Shown: one piece after another, positions 1 through 13,754 of the stretch
How positions within the stretch are numbered: position 1 is the stretch's first letter
Layout of the letters: each line of letters starts with the position of its first letter
NCBI GenBank assembly: GCA_950097015.1
Contig: CATNEN010000038.1
Location: forward strand, 4,092,001 to 4,156,000
Source: Macrostomum hystrix
Lineage: Eukaryota; Animalia; Platyhelminthes
Length of the DNA: 64,000 nucleotides
Direction: 5' to 3'
Position numbers and translations under genes: made by a program
Notes under the pieces: generated by a model
Told to the model about the DNA's origin: nothing
Seen by the model: only the letters and a program-made list of their open reading frames with translations
Database searches by the model: none

Positions 1-815
1 GGATTGCTAGTCTATCACATAAAATGGATTGCTAGTCTATCACATAAAATGTATTGCTAGTCTATCCCATTGAATGGATTGCTAGTCTATCACATAAAAT
101 GGATTGCTAGTCTATCACATAAAATAGATTGCTAGTCTATCACATAAAATGGATTGCTAGTCTATCACATAAAATGTATTGCTAGTCTATCCCATTGAAT
201 GGATTGCTAGTCTATCACATAAAATGGATTGCTAGTCTATCACATAAAATGGATTGCTAGTCTATCACATAAAATGGATTGCTAGTCTATCCTATTGAAT
301 GGACTACTAGTCTATCCCATAAAATGGATTGCTAGTCTATCCCATTGAATGGGTTGCTAGTCTATCCCATAAAATGGATTGCTAGACTATACCATTGAAT
401 GGATTGCTAGACTATACCATTGAATGGATTGCTAGTCTATCCCGTAAAATGGATTGCTAGACTATACCATTGAATGGATTGCTAGTCTATCACATAAAAT
501 GGATTGCTAGTCTATCACATAAAATGGATTGCTAGTCTATCCTATTGAATGGACTACTAGTCTATCCCATAAAATGGATTGCTAGTCTATCCCATTGAAT
601 GGGTTGCTAGTCTATCCCATAAAATGGATTGCTAGACTATACCATTGAATGGATTGCTAGACTATACCATTGAATGGGTTGCTAGTCTATCCCATAAAAT
701 GGATTGCTAGACTATCCCATAAAAATGGATTGCTAGTCTATTCCATTGAATGGATTGCTAGTCTATACCATTGAATGGATTGCTAGTCTATCCCATAAAA
801 TGGATTGCTAGTCTA
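1..815. repeat. 25-bp minisatellite (GGATTGCTAGTCTATCACATAAAAT and variants), about 32 copies, probably intronic to the CCDC17-like gene
   Basis: Direct periodicity; variants ...CACATAAAAT and ...CCCATTGAAT are interspersed. Confidence 0.95.
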
Positions 816-922
816 GACCAAGAGGGGAATATAACGAATTTAAGACGATCGATGCACCAGACTGGAGAGTCCCTGACGGCTTATCTAGCAGTTGTTACGT
901 CATCGTCAGCCGGACCGCTCAC

Positions 923-3641
923 CTCGCATCACCTCCCGATTTCGCTCCTGCAGCGCCTGTAAATCTTCGTAGAGTCGGCGATTCTCCGCGTCCAGGAGAG
1001 CCGCCTGGCGGCGCTTCTGGGCCTCTTAAAAATGAACAAAGAAGGTCGGAAAGATAGCCGCCATATCTAAGAAAAAATCTAACGAATATATGGACAGAAT
1101 TAGTAGCTGTGGGGTAATTAATAGAATTAAAAAACTTTGGGGTTAATTAAATAACTTTGAGGATAATTAAGTAAAAAGATGATAGTTTAGTATTGTAGTA
1201 AAAATGTGAATAATATAGTAGTTGTGTGTTAAATATAGTAACTATGGTGACACTTTAGTAACTTCCGGGATATAGAGATAACTCAGTAACTCAGTACCTT
1301 AGTATACTCAAATGAAATGATTTCGGGCTGAGGGATTGCGCTTGTAAAAGCTCATGCTTAAAACAACTGTTGCTACAGTCAGTTTGTTCTAAGAAAGGTA
1401 ATCCTAGGAACAAATCACATTTATCCTTCTTAAAGTGACAGAGAAGGTCATTTTATCTGCGGCTCACCCTCCTTCTCGCGTCTCCAGGGCTGTCGGTCGT
1501 TTTTAATCCTCTCCAACTCCAGCGCCTCGTTCATCATGTCCGTCATGCGCTTCAGCGTCTGGGCGTCCGCACCGCCGTTGGCTATGTAGAACTGGCGCAG
1601 CGAGGAAATCTCATTCAGGATGGACTCGGCGTGGTAGGAGGTGCTGAGTTTGAGAGTTAGGCAGTTAGAAATCAATCAGATTATAATAAAAATCCATCTA
1701 GCCCAGCTGGGCCTGATGTACAGCCGCAGCTATTCAAAGGACCACTAGTACTTAGCAGGAGGTAACGCTTGGCTTTCCTGGAAATTTTTTCTGACAAATC
1801 GATGGACTTAGTTGTCTGCGACAATCCCATTTTCCTTGATTCAGTTCATGCACTGCACAACCGGACTCAACAAGAACAAATAAAATCACGCAGAAAGATT
1901 CGAACCTGGGCTGTTTGGACAGCTGCGCCCCCACCAGAGCCTCCTGCACAGCCCGGTTTGCCCTATCGACATCGTCTGCCCGCTCCTCCAGTCGCGCCGC
2001 CGCGTCCAGCTGGCGCCGAAGCCCGCGCGCGCTGCTGTCTGCCGCAGCCGCCTGACGCCGGTCAATCCGGTCCGCCAGCTCGGCGACTCGCGCCTTCTCA
2101 CCCGTGGCCAGCTCCTCCAGGCGCCGGTTGAGCGCCAGCCGCTGCTGCTCCAGCACCTGGCGCCGACGCTGCAGAGCCTGCGGCAGAGGGGCGGCGAATA
2201 CTGGCGGCAATCAGCTAAACAGGGACCAGAAGAACATCAGACCAGAGTTCATTGAGCTCATTGGAGCAAGACAGCCAAATATTTGGCTAATATTTGGGCT
2301 AAAACACGTGCTAAAATTGTTCGCTCTATCCGATGAAACAACTTCCAGAATCACAGAACATCGGCATCGTCGAGATGTTCAAAGATTCTCGTCGGGGTTG
2401 ACTGGCGGCAAAAAACCACAAAAATAGGCAAAAATTTCTGCATACAAAATTTTTTCATGTAATCATGTTGGCTACTATTGCTGACGACATTGTGTTGATT
2501 ATATTGGAAATTTTGAAACGAGTTGTCCTTGTCACCAGGGTCTTCGACAAGAATGGCTGAATATCTCCATGATGCTTGTTCGTATAGCTTGGAAAGTTAG
2601 TTCATCGTAAAGGACGAAAAATGGTGATTCCGATGGTGGACTTTCAAGAAAATCGGTCATTCAGTTTAGGAGCTACAACTGGCGATAAACTTCCGTGGTC
2701 TTTTCCAGGGATAAAAATAGCGTGGTGTATAAACTATTTTAACACTGTTAACAAACCCGCACAAATTTTTACGAAACTCGTGTTGATAACATACGAGCGT
2801 GTTCGTCTATGGGTTTTGTGAGTTAGAGAAAAGTGCTTTCTGTTCTAAAGGATCACTTAAAAAATAGAATTTGTGTTTAAACCAAGTGCGTGAATTATTC
2901 TAAATCTATGCATATAATAATTTTCCCCATAGGGTAAGACCACGGGTAAATTTCAAATACCCACTGCCTATGTCACAATAGGTTCCAAATTTTTACCTAT
3001 TTTTGTGGTTTTTGCCTCCAGACACCCCTATGAGAATCGTTGAATATGTCGACGATGTCGATGTTTTATGATTCTGGAAGCTGTTTCATCGGATAAAGTG
3101 GAAACTTTGTGTCCGTGCTCTGGATTTCCATGCGATTGGTTGAATGTTGTTGGAGATACAGAAAAAGGATAAATTTTGGTATTTGAAATACCCCGTCTGT
3201 GGTCTTCCTACTGCTAAAGAAGTTCCCGAAACACCCAAGGGCCCTCCCGCCGTACTCAATCGGAGAGAAAGAGCAATACAAGCGGATGCTCTACTGAGCA
3301 CAGTGGAATCCTGGCCTGACCTGCAGGTCGGAGCGCAGCTGCGGCTCCCGCGCCCGCTGCCGCTCGCGTCGTCGCGCATTGAAATCTCGCGCGTCCGAGC
3401 CGGCAGGCAGCGACACCTCCGAGGCCCGACTGGCAGCGCGTTGCGATGCGCCGCCGTCGCGGGCCGCATCAGCCGCTGCCGCCTCGGCCATGGCCATCTC
3501 GGAGGCCGCTCGTCGGCCGCTGATGTTTCTCAAGCTGCGCAGGATCTGCGCCTCCTCGGCTTCGCGAAGTTCGCGCAGCTCCCGCCGTCGGCGCTTCATT
3601 GCCTCGAGCTGGGCAGCCAGGGCGGCGTCAGCGTCTGTCAT
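923..3641 (-). CDS. CCDC17: CCDC17-like coiled-coil protein, partial (exons 3641-3321, 2177-1906, 1643-1468, 1024-923; continues past the left edge)
   Basis: Four exons join in frame through GT-AG sites (phases 0, 2, 1). The motifs EISSLRQFYIANGGADAQTL..EALELER and LLDAENRRLYEDLQALQ resemble CCDC17 as I recall it. The start is uncertain because an acceptor lies just upstream at ~3655. Confidence 0.65.
2520..2680 (+). mobile_element. Fragment of a dispersed repeat (possibly Helentron/HINE-like or a DNA element); related copies at ~23060-23140 (-), ~54415-54610 and ~56700-56810
   Basis: Shared blocks TTGTCCTTGTCACCAGGGTCTT-GACAAGAAT and ATGGTGGACTTTCA-GAAAATC...GGAGCTA; each copy carries one or both. 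Confidence 0.6.
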
Positions 3642-5679
3642 GGTCTAAACTGCTGAGGCAAGTGTGTGGAAAAAGAGATTTGTATTGATTTTATATTTAT
3701 TCTTTGTATATTTGAGATTGGGTCAAATGTGAATAAAATTAGTTTCGTACAAAACCACAAAATTCTTGATTATGCCTAGTAAATGTACATTTTTGCAAAA
3801 GATTCTATGCTTAAGAATTAAAAAAAACTTTAGGGTACACTTAAAAAATATATCCGTCCTTACGAATACAAATGTTCATTACTTGTTTTTCTAAAGCATA
3901 AGCATTTTATTGCAAAAAACTAAATAAGGTATACATTAAGCAAAATTTTAACTGCATAGCCATAGTTTTTTTATCAGTTAAACTGTGTAGTACTAATTAA
4001 AATCTAGACATACCAACATAACTTTCACACGATTTATATCAAATGTTTAATTAGCAGTATAGTTTTATACTCCCAGTTTCAAATCACAAACTGCAAAACA
4101 ATGAAAGTGGGATATTCTCAGATATTTACATAAAGATTTATTTGATAGCAAAATTTGAAATGCCATAATACAATAATTGCATACAAGTAATGTATAGGAA
4201 AGGCGAAACGAATTTGAATAGTAAGAAAAAAGTAGTGAATCAAAAACTCCTAAAAATCTATCTACGAAAAAAGAAGCAAAAAAACATAAAAATAAATTTG
4301 TTACCTCTCGCTTCTGCTTATTAGCAAGGACAAGGAAAACTTTAGAAAGTGTCACAAGACACTGACCGACCTGTCAAATTTCCTTAACAACAAAAAAGCA
4401 AATTATCATATACGGAGTTCAAACAACCGTATTGATGTATTTACGTCCAAAAAACTAAACTTTGAAAAAATGCTATAACAGACTGATATTTTAAAACTAC
4501 GCAGATGTTACCACGTTAAAAAATGTAGGTATGTGTATGCTAAATAACAACTTAATAACGTGTAACCAATTATTATTCGTAATTTGCTTACAAAACTGCT
4601 CTTATATTTTAAAATTATAGAAAAAGCTATGAAGTTTTTGACACAAAAAAGTGAATAGCGAAACTTTGTTATACCAAGGAAATAACATCGCGATGTTTGC
4701 ATGAATATGTTCGCAAGCGAGGTATATGAATTCGGAAGAAATATGTTATTATTGTCGACAATGCATGGAAAATTTTACTCATTGTCAATGTTGGGCCTTT
4801 AATTCTTGCCTGTACTAAGCGCTAGCTGGTAAATTTGAATTGCTTTTATGTCATGAAATAAGCAAATGCCCATATATCATCAGTACGTACAACGCGTTCT
4901 TAGCTTTTTTCATGCCGTAACTTAGTTTGAGGCATTTAATTGAGGATATTAAATATAAGAATATGAACGTAAAACTAATAAAACTATATGCTGAACCAGC
5001 AGCCTTCGAACTGCGGCGTATTTACCGTTATATTTTCTAATGCCGCATACAATGAGCCCTGAGATTACAAGACTATACATACATATTTATTATATTAATT
5101 CGTCCTTATACACACCATGCCCCATACCAGGTAAGCTATTTATGGGTCATCGTCTTCTTTAATTTTATTACAGGACTTTTGTTTACATTTCAGGGCTCGT
5201 ATAGTTATAATTTTGTAGATCGATCAGATTTGAGCCTTGGCTCACAAAAACTATAGTACAAAAATAGGGAGCCTCCTGGCTATGCGCCCCAGTCTATGCG
5301 CACAGGTGTACGTGCCCACTAGATGCGCTTTCTGACTAATACGCTCATTTATATGCTCAGATTGTGGCTAAATTTTTCAATATTAAAGAAGAGACAAACA
5401 ATTGCATAAATTGGTTGTTCCACATTATTAAAAAGTATTTTTATAGAAAATCTTGTCGAGTTAATGAGAATGCACGCGGTTGATAGACGGAAGCCATCTA
5501 ATATAAGAAATTGAAACGATGACAGTGATCAGATTATAACAATTGAAGTTCAGTTAAGGTTCTGTTTTTTATTGAAACTGCATCAATCAGCATATTAAAA
5601 AATCGGCGAGTTTCTTTAAGTTACTTGTTGAGCTAGATTGGCTCATACAGTGGGCCGTCAGTAAAAAATGTTTCAGAAC

Positions 5680-7662
5680 CTACGAGCTACGATGTGGAAG
5701 TACGGATGCTTGAACCCGGAGCACGTTTCCGTGACCAATTATATTTATAGGGCCAGACTGAAGCCTCTTGTATCCGTTGCCAGCATTTGCGACAGCTTTT
5801 CGACCCTTGTAGCGCGCGACTGCACGAGCACTACTGCTAGTACTAGGTGTTCCGCGATGAACGCCAGGGTAAGCGACCTCGTCACGACGCACTGGCGTCA
5901 GCTGCACCGCGGTGGAAGGATTTACATGGAGCAGCGATGTTCGGACGGCCGGCTTTGGTTGTTGCACAGACTGTCGAATTTTCACCGTCATTTGTCGCTG
6001 ATACTGCTGGCAATTTGGCTCCGTTACCTCTTCAGGTACATGCCACGCTTGCTGCTCTAACAGATGCTGGCGGATCTGCTCAGTCGGCTGCTGCTCAGGT
6101 TGATGCTGGCGGATCTGCTCAGTCGGCTGCAGCTCGGGCTGATGCTGGTGTATCTGCTGAGTCGGCTGCTGCTCAAGTTGATGCTGGTAGATCTGCTGAG
6201 TCGGCTGCTGCTCAGGTTGATGCTGGAGAATCTGCTCAGTCGGCTGCTGCTCGGGCTGATGCTGGTAGATCTGCTGAGTCGGCTGCTGCTCAAGTTGATG
6301 CTGGAGAATCTGCTCAGTCGGCTGCTGCTCCAACTGATGCTGGAGAATCTGCTCAGTCGGCTGCTGCTCCAACTGATGCTGGAGAATCTGCTCAGTCGGC
6401 TGCTGCTCCAACTGATGCTGGAGAATCTGCTCAGTCGGCTGCTGCTCCAACTGATGCTGGAGAATCTGCTCAGTCGGCTGCTGCTCCAACTGATGCTGGA
6501 GAATCTGCTCAGTCGGCTGCTGCTCCAACTGATGCTGGAGAATCTGCTCAGTCGGCTGCTGCTCCAACTGATGCTGGAGAATCTGCTCAGTCGGCTGCTG
6601 CTCCAACTGATGCTGGAGAATCTGCTCAGTCGGCTGCTGCTCCAACTGATGCTGGAGAATCTGCTCAGTCGGCTGCTGCTCCAACTGATGCTGGAGAATC
6701 TGCTCAGTCGGCTGCTGCTCAGGCTGATGCCGGTAATTCTGATTAAGTGGCTGCTGTGTGATTAGATTCTGTTCGAGGTCTGCAGCACTGCCGTTGAGCA
6801 GCGCTTTGTAAGCGAGGTTGCGCTTTTGCGGTGTAGGTGTGCTGACACGGCTGCTCGTTTGTTTTGATCTCTCGGACGCTTGTTCCTGAGCTTCTACATC
6901 GTCATACTCCTGTGTCGATGGTTGCTGCTGTTGCGGCGCATAAATTTCCTGCTCCTGGGTCGATGACTTCAGTAGACGGTTGGTGAGTCTAGCACGCGGT
7001 ACAGGTGCCTGCTGGACCTGATCTGCATGTGTGACAGTATAAAAAGTTTGGAAAAATTTTGAAGGACTGCCTAAATGCTTCAAATGAATTATATTTTCCT
7101 ACCTTGAGAAACAACTGCAGACACTGTTCCCGCCTCCGATGTCTGCAGAAGTCGCGCTGGAAGTGCACTTTGTTGATCTTCCGGCTCAGGTGAGGCTAAA
7201 TGTTCCTGTGGAGTCTCTTCAGTTAAGATGAATTCATATTCATAGATTTCACTGCCGATTCGCTTTGTGCTCTGGGTGTTTTTAGACTGATTCCCCAGTC
7301 TTAGGCTAGTTTCAAGGTTCAAAAATTCAACTCCGGTGTTCAACATGCGCTGGTACAATTCGGCGTTGTCTGAAGTTCCAGGTTCCGGGACTTGCGGTCC
7401 TGTAAAACAGGCGGTGCATTTTATAAAGGCTTGTAAAAAATTACTTATTAATGAATTAGCAACTCGACTTTTCCCATAAATTACAGCTCCGTTATGACCC
7501 CATCAATAAAAGTGATTGATTTGCACCTGGGACAGCTCTATCGGCAATCATGTATGTCCCTGAATCCAAGCTGGGGTGATTGGTGACGGTCCGATGGTTC
7601 GACTTTCGCTTTCCGAGCGACCGCAGCCGGTGGGTGAACTTAATTATCATAGACCGCGGCAT
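5680..7662 (-). CDS. Uncharacterised ~591-aa Gln/Glu/Pro-rich protein with 13-aa tandem repeats (exons 7662-7527, 7399-7103, 7022-5680)
   Basis: Two phase-1 GT-AG introns join three open segments in frame; repeat unit QHQLEQQPTEQIL. Confidence 0.6.
6060..6730. repeat. 39-bp coding tandem repeat, about 17 copies
   Basis: CTGATGCTGGAGAATCTGCTCAGTCGGCTGCTGCTCCAA periodicity, homogeneous at ~6300-6720 and diverged toward 6060. Confidence 0.95.
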
Positions 7663-9554
7663 GTCTGCAGTCTGATGTCAGCAGCAGGTGAGCTGCATCT
7701 AATTATTGAGAAATGAGCGAGTTCTCAGTCATCTCTGAGAGTGTATTTATACTCCACCTCTTAGTGCCTTCTGTCTCGGTAATGGATGCGTTTCATTTCT
7801 ATAAATAGATCGCCCCGACGAAGCATTGTCGCAGTGCTATTATGCTGAATTGTGTCACAAGCTAGAGTGCATGCAGGTTTCGCATTAACATACGAGTGTT
7901 TCGAATGTACAAACTAAAAAACAAAAGTGGCTGAACTGCGTAAATTCCCCGAGGTTTTGCTGATTAACAAGGTAGTTTCAAGCACTGATTTCTAAAGAAG
8001 TTTCGGAATACTCAAAACTGAACTGGTTGGTGCCAGGTTCTAATAAGTGCTCAGATTTTTTGTGTGCGCATGAGTATAGCTCAATTAGGACTATATTTGG
8101 GTGACAACATTCCTCCTGTCCATTACGCACTTCAAGGTTTTTGTGTATGACTGTTGAACTGTTGTTCCTGAAGGTAGGGTCCATGGAGGGGATGGTTTGG
8201 GTCGGTTTTCGTGTCAGTGGTATGTGATCGATAGGAGCTACGTAGGTACCGCCTAGGTGGGTAGATGTGGGTAAGCTTGATGTGTGTAAGGGTTGGTGGG
8301 TAAATATCGGGTACTGGCATTAGAGGGGGTGAGTCGGTGACGGAATGTGGTCGTGGAATCTGAGTCTGCAGAGGGTCTTGGGGTCGGCGGTGTCGATTTC
8401 AGAATGGGCAAAGATTGTAGTTTTCGATGTGTAAATGGTGGGGTTGACCGACCCCGACACCACCCCACTACAGAACCTAACAACTTTGACACCCACCCCA
8501 CCCAGCCAGCCAATCAGCATTTTCCTACTACAGAAAATTTAGATAGGTGACATGTTACACGGCACAGCAGTTTTCTCCCACAATGTCAAAGTTAAAGTCT
8601 GACTGCAGAAACTGCAGCGGTGTGTGACAGCTTAATGGAATTGTGCGAACGTGGTGTTTAACTTTTGGACCAGCTGTTTATTATGATGCCATGATTTATG
8701 GTTCCATGAGTAATCAGGTAAGTTTGGCTAGTCAGTTCAGGCGAACCAATTGCAAAAAGGAATTTCAAGTATTCAATTCAAGATATTTACAGACAGTTTT
8801 ACTAAAGTCTGTCGATGTGAGCAGAGCTCAAATTCAGTGAGGCTTTGGTTACAACATAGCCTAGCTTTGTATTTGACTGGACAATAATTTTTCTATCTAA
8901 AATGTTTCCACACACAAGCTGGGAGTAAGCCGGTACAATGTAATAAATTTTGGTGCTGAGATCAGTCCGTACGACATGTGAGATGGCAAAGCAGCAAAGC
9001 CATTAAAAGGAGACGTTCAGTCTCAGTTAAAAGCCATAATAAAACAAAAAGACCAGATTTTTCTTAAAAAACGAAAGCTAAATACTACTACTGACAGTAG
9101 TGCGCACAAACTTGGTAAAACAGTGACTAGCTAAAAAGAAAATTGTCAGAATATAAAACTGAGTTGTAAAAATAAACAGCTGCAAAAGCAAACACTGCAA
9201 TTATTTCCACGTGATGTTAAACTTAGAATTTGCCTGTGTATTAAGAAGTCATTGATCATATGACGTAGTTAAACGATCGAGAGACGACATGAAAAATTTC
9301 CAACACCAGATAGGTGACACAACGCTTATAAATACAGAAAAAATATCAGACAAACGTGCAGGTGCACTGCTCGCTAAAAGTACTTAGCAGATGTATGAGA
9401 TGATACTAGATAGTTTCGCTAATTATAGATCGAATCATAGCATTAAAAATTTACTCCGTGTTGCTAGCGTGAAAATAAAACCAATCAGAGACACTTTCAT
9501 GTCTTTGAGTTCTTGATGGCGCTGTGTTTCAGATCGGACGCCCCGTCGGTGACG

Positions 9555-10766
9555 TTAAGCGGTCTGTAAAGTGAAGCGGCGCGGGTCGCTTGTTGACAGT
9601 TGTTTCTGTGTAGGTTCTAAACTCCTATTTCTGCTTGTCCCCAGTCCGAACAGTAGGAGTCCCGTGGCTCTTGCACGCTCTGTTAGGAGTACACACTGCG
9701 ACACTGATACTATTAACATTTTTTAGATCCTGGCTGTGCAAGGCCAAAAAGTCACCCGACTGTCACATGCTTGTTTAGATGAGTCATCAAATCAAATGAA
9801 CTATTGTTAGCCCTCCGGTGTGTGAGAGATACAATTCAGACTACTGACAACAGTAGAAAAGCAAAGACTTGGCTGCAAAACTCTCACATAACACTAAAAA
9901 TATCGCCATAAAATGGCTAGCTTAAAAGAGACTTCTGTGCACACTAAGAGTGGTGGGAGAGGACGGCGTGTGGCTATGGCTGACTGACGAAGGCAAACAA
10001 GCCAGAAACCGGTCTCGGTCTGCCAGCGCGAGGTTCGTTCCCCACTTTTAGTGTGTTACACGTTGACCCAGTAACCCCTTCTGTTAACAAACTACCATTA
10101 ATCTCTCAGCAACATTCTCTATTTCATAATTTACGTTGCGTCACCGTGTGCGCGTTTTGTCAATAGCCCAAGACACAATACCTGAAAATACTCCTTGCTG
10201 AGGTTGGGATCCGGTTTCATGGATTTGGCGCCCGGCTTCCAGTTGGCCGGGCAGACCTCGCCGTGCTTGTCGGTGAACTGGAAGGCCTGCACGAGGCGCA
10301 GGGTCTCGTCGACCGAGCGTCCAACCGGCAGGTCATTGACAGTGATCTGGCGCAGCACGCCAGAGTCGCTGATGATGAACAGGCCGCGGAAGGCCACGCC
10401 TTCATCCTCCTTCAGCACTCCGTAGGCCCGACTAATCGACTGGGACCGATCGGCCAGCAGCGGGAAGTTCAGCTGGCCGATGCCGCCCTCCTTGCGGCCA
10501 GTGTTGGACCAGGCCAGGTGCACAAAGTGACTGTCGGTGCTGCAGGCCAGCAGCTGACAGTTAATGGCCTCAAACTCAGCGGCCCGATCCGAGAAGGCGA
10601 TAATCTCGGTCGGGCAGACAAAAGTGAAATCGGCCGGATAGAAGAACAGCACAACGTATTTGCCGGCATAGTCGGCTAGTGTCACATCGGCAAAGGTCTG
10701 GTTGGGCAGTATGGCCTTGCAGGCGAAGCTGGGGGCCGGCTGGCCTGGCTGCAGCGGCTGCGACAT
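9555..10766 (-). CDS. PRDX: Typical 2-Cys peroxiredoxin (Prx1/AhpC class), ~197 aa; main exon 10766-10182 and a predicted 9-nt last coding exon at 9563-9555
   Basis: [13 protein letters not shown] (peroxidatic Cys), GEVCPANW (resolving Cys), GGIG and EYF motifs; donor TTTCAG|GTATTG. The last exon (TTTACAG|ACC GCT TAA) is less certain. Confidence 0.95.
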
Positions 10767-13424
10767 GACGGCTGGCTGTGGAACGAGAGCGAAGCGTGGA
10801 CTCCGTCACCGGGAGGCTAGTTATTGAGCATTTACTATGTATTTGTCCCACAGACCCAGCAGCTCAAGCTCATTCAGTTGATTTTCGAATGGAAATTACA
10901 TACTGGCGATCCCTAGTAGCACAAGGACTAGTCTTCATTCTAGTCTTCATTCAACCTTATTCTAGTCTTATAAGCTATTAGAACAGGACACAGGCTCATT
11001 ATTTAGATGTAAAACCCTGGCTAAAACACCCTGCACAGCTAGAGGTAGGGGGACCCAGGAGCGAAAATTTTGACCTGATGCAAAATACGACGTATAAGCA
11101 ATGGATAATGTACGAAACAAAAGCTAAACTACTAGTAGGAATTTAAAGCAGTTTTTCGACAGTTTCAGGAAATAGAAAGGGTCTTTTAGTCACAGCCAAG
11201 CAAGCACTATTCCTTCACATGACTTTCAATACGTTTTTAGTCACTCACTATTTTAGTCTGGCTCCTGCGCAAGGACTCTGTCGGTTGTTGTTCTACAACA
11301 AGCAAGCGGCGCTCAAGGAAGCACTTGCATATCTGCTCGCGTGGCTTCGCTGAGGTGTCTAGGGTTGCCGACACGGGTGGAGATAATGAAGGAGAAGGAG
11401 ATGCGGGACCGGACCAACAGAGGCAAGGGAGACAGCAAAGGTTAGCAGAGTGGGCCATAGATAGAATATTTAGAAGATAGCACAATGCTCAGTATGAATT
11501 GTAAATACTAGAGTAGGCTTGTATCAGCCCCATGACTTTCAGTAAAGTTTAATCTGAACTAAATTTAATTTATGTGAAATAACATAAATAATTATTTTCA
11601 AGCAATCACAGCTAATAATCACTGATTGCGTTTATAGGAAGGCATTTCTAGAAATGCAGAATGTGTTTCAGCCCAAAGCACTCGTTGCGTGACTCACATG
11701 TGGCTCAAAGCAGAAACGAAGCTTAATTAAATCAGAAAAATGAAAGAGACATTTTCCGGAAAGTGTGAGAAGCCTGTCTTTCATGCATACGGAGTAGGAG
11801 AGCAGAACTGCCAGATGCCCGGTGGATCACAGACCGCTGTTGTGAAATTTTCTACGGATCAGTCTAGAAAACTGCATGGAGAAAATTCTTAAAATTTAAC
11901 TCGCCCCTACGCCAGGTAAATTACGGATTGCTCCAGTCCAATGGAATATCGAGCGATGAGGAGCAAAAAGGACAGGCAAGCCAGAAGACCTAGAACTGCT
12001 CATTGCTGGTATGTACATTTTGGGCGGGGCAAGGCATTGACAGTTCACCGCAGTAAAAAATGACAGCATTAAGAACATTGAACTCTTCATTCGAATAGAA
12101 ATCTTCCCATTGTACAGTGTAGGAGAAGCAAACTTGCTAATGATGTTGGCTATTCATGAATTTGTTGAAAGGACATGGTTGTCTAAAGCCATGTACAAAT
12201 AGCTATGTTGAAAAACTAACTAGCGATGGGAAAGGCATTGTAACAGATTTTCGCCTGCAAACTCGCTAATGACTAGGTTATTATATTCTATGCTTTTCTT
12301 TTGAACATGTCACAACCTTTCTAGCTAATGTGTCCCCATGTAATGATAAACAGCAGATACATGGCATGCAAATCTCGACATTGTAAGCACAATCTGTCTT
12401 TTTCGTTAATCAGCCAAAGAAAAACGTTAAAGCTTGTCGTAAGGATAGTTTTTTATGCGTGTGATAGTTTGTTCTTTGCTTTACTAACAATTTTCAACAT
12501 TTCATCTCTACTCAGTGTCTAACCAAAGCATATGCCTGAATCCGTTCCTAGAGCTAATTGATTCAGTGGGGCGCAGAGCAGATGACAGCAAACCCGACTG
12601 TCGCAGACACGGTTCAATTTCTTTTTGGGAAGTAATCAATTCCCAGAACCACAGCGCTGATGAAGTCTTGTTGAAAAAAATCACAATGCGTGACAGAGTA
12701 GGCAAAATGTCTCTTCGACGCTTGCTTCATACTTTAGTTGACTGAGTTCCGTTCGGGAGAAAAAAGGCTGCTTCAGGAACTGTCATCAGCAGACACAGCC
12801 GAATGGTACTGGCTTAGGTTTGGTCAGTTCTACATTGCCCAGTCCAATTAAGAAGAGACTGCATGATGGCAACGAGAGGAAAAAACAGTAAATCAGCCAG
12901 CACTGAGCAAAGGCAATTTTTACTAATAATTTATGCCAAGGACTGGGAAAGCACTGCGCCTGCTGATAATGATTGGATACGTTTAATGTTTAAACAACAG
13001 AACGAATTCTAGCGTGCCTAAAGTAATGCTTTTATGAATGATTTGTGAGCATAAACGTAAAGTAAGAAAATAGAATATAGTGCTTTTGAGTTAATAAATG
13101 AGACGATCGGTGATGTAACTTGCTTTTGGGATTGCACTCATGTTACTACAAGGGGAGTTAGTCAAGGACCGCAAAGATTATTATTGCAAAGTTTAATTAT
13201 TTTAAATGCTAATGTTTACAAACTAACGGCTTAAAAGTCTGCATTTTTCAAAGGAACAGGAGGGCTCAGTTCCCGATAAACGCAACTAGAGAAGCTGATA
13301 TCTAGTCAATACGCGAAGCATTATAATAAGAACTTTCAATACTGATTTCAATCGACCTACAACTATGTTTAGTCATAGATTAGTACTATAATTAATGTTC
13401 CAGCACATCGGATCCAACAATAAC

Positions 13425-13754
13425 CTGAGAGAGCGCCGGATACAGTGACGAATGAAGCAACGGAGCGGACGGAGAGCTCAAGCAGTCTTCAAAGCAGCTA
13501 CTGCAGCTGCCATCACGACGGGCGGTCAGAGCTAACGCCGAAGAGGACGATGACAATGGCAGAGCTACTGGAAGCGATGATGGCGTTGGTGAAGGAAGCG
13601 GGCGTCGATTTGGCGGCGGACTGGTTGCGGCCGGAGAGAAGCTCACGTGACGTAGATTGTGCCGCTGATGCTGATCGTGATCATGCTGCTGATGAAACTT
13701 GGGCTGGTCGGCCCTGTCCGTGGAACTAGCAGAAAGCAGCGAAGATGCGTACAT
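13425..13754 (-). CDS. Possible Ser/Pro/His-rich exon (alternative 5' exon of the peroxiredoxin locus or an unknown gene)
   Basis: GC-rich ORF with an upstream acceptor (~13775) and a CAG|GTTATT donor; no recognisable domain. Confidence 0.3.
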
